From the NCBI RefSeq assembly GCF_000485595.1, contig NW_014577086.1, positions 179,452 through 237,393 of the forward strand: 57,942 nucleotides of DNA. The letters run 5' to 3'. Numbering within the stretch: position 1 is the stretch's first letter; every line of letters starts with the position of its first letter. Shown here piece by piece: positions 57,685 through 57,942 of the stretch. Under the pieces are notes generated by a model. It saw only the letters and a list, made by a program, of their open reading frames with translations, did not search any database and was not told the origin of the DNA. The DNA is from Priapulus caudatus (Eukaryota). The translations under genes and the position numbers were made by a program.

Positions 57685-57942
57685 TACAAATTACCCTTGA
57701 GCACTACCTCAGATTCAAGCCTCTGGCTCTACCTACCAAACTCCGAGTCCACAGTCAAACAAGGCACAACCTTGACTTTTCTGGTACTTATTAAAAATTC
57801 AAGAGTATGTATTTAATCAAAAAATATTTGCCATCTTCAACAAATAAACCTACACCCAAAAAAAAACCAGCAAACCTCCAGCCTAGACACCCAAACAAAC
57901 AAACAAAAAACCACACCCCAAAAAACCACACAAACAGACATA

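Overview
Eukaryotic (metazoan, probably lophotrochozoan invertebrate; taxon is a guess) genomic DNA from a draft assembly with several N gaps. Three host genes can be supported. (1) Coding exon 1 of a GALNT2-like polypeptide GalNAc-transferase (- strand, 40025-40120); its first intron apparently covers the whole left 40 kb. (2) DIMT1, the 18S rRNA dimethyladenosine transferase, whose CDS is a single exon (+, 48671-49591) behind a probable 5'UTR intron. (3) PYM1/wibg (-, two coding exons, 53818-55557), convergent with DIMT1. Most of the rest is non-autonomous DNA transposons (P/Galileo-like, hAT-like, PIF/Harbinger-like, Tc1/pogo-like, Helentron/HINE-like, TTAGGG-carrying MITEs), microsatellites, and one decayed Academ-type transposase broken by a nested hAT-like insertion and a 141-bp fold-back palindrome. 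The most unusual signal is more than a dozen 19-97 bp palindromic stubs. Each is about 11-20 bp of both ends of a CA-starting TIR, usually between 7-8 bp direct repeats, which is the expected scar of P-element-type excision; a longer element with the same TIR is present at 3638-4877. Region 28.3-36.4 kb looks at least partly like an assembly or long-read artefact. All family assignments come from motif recall and manual reading, not from searches.
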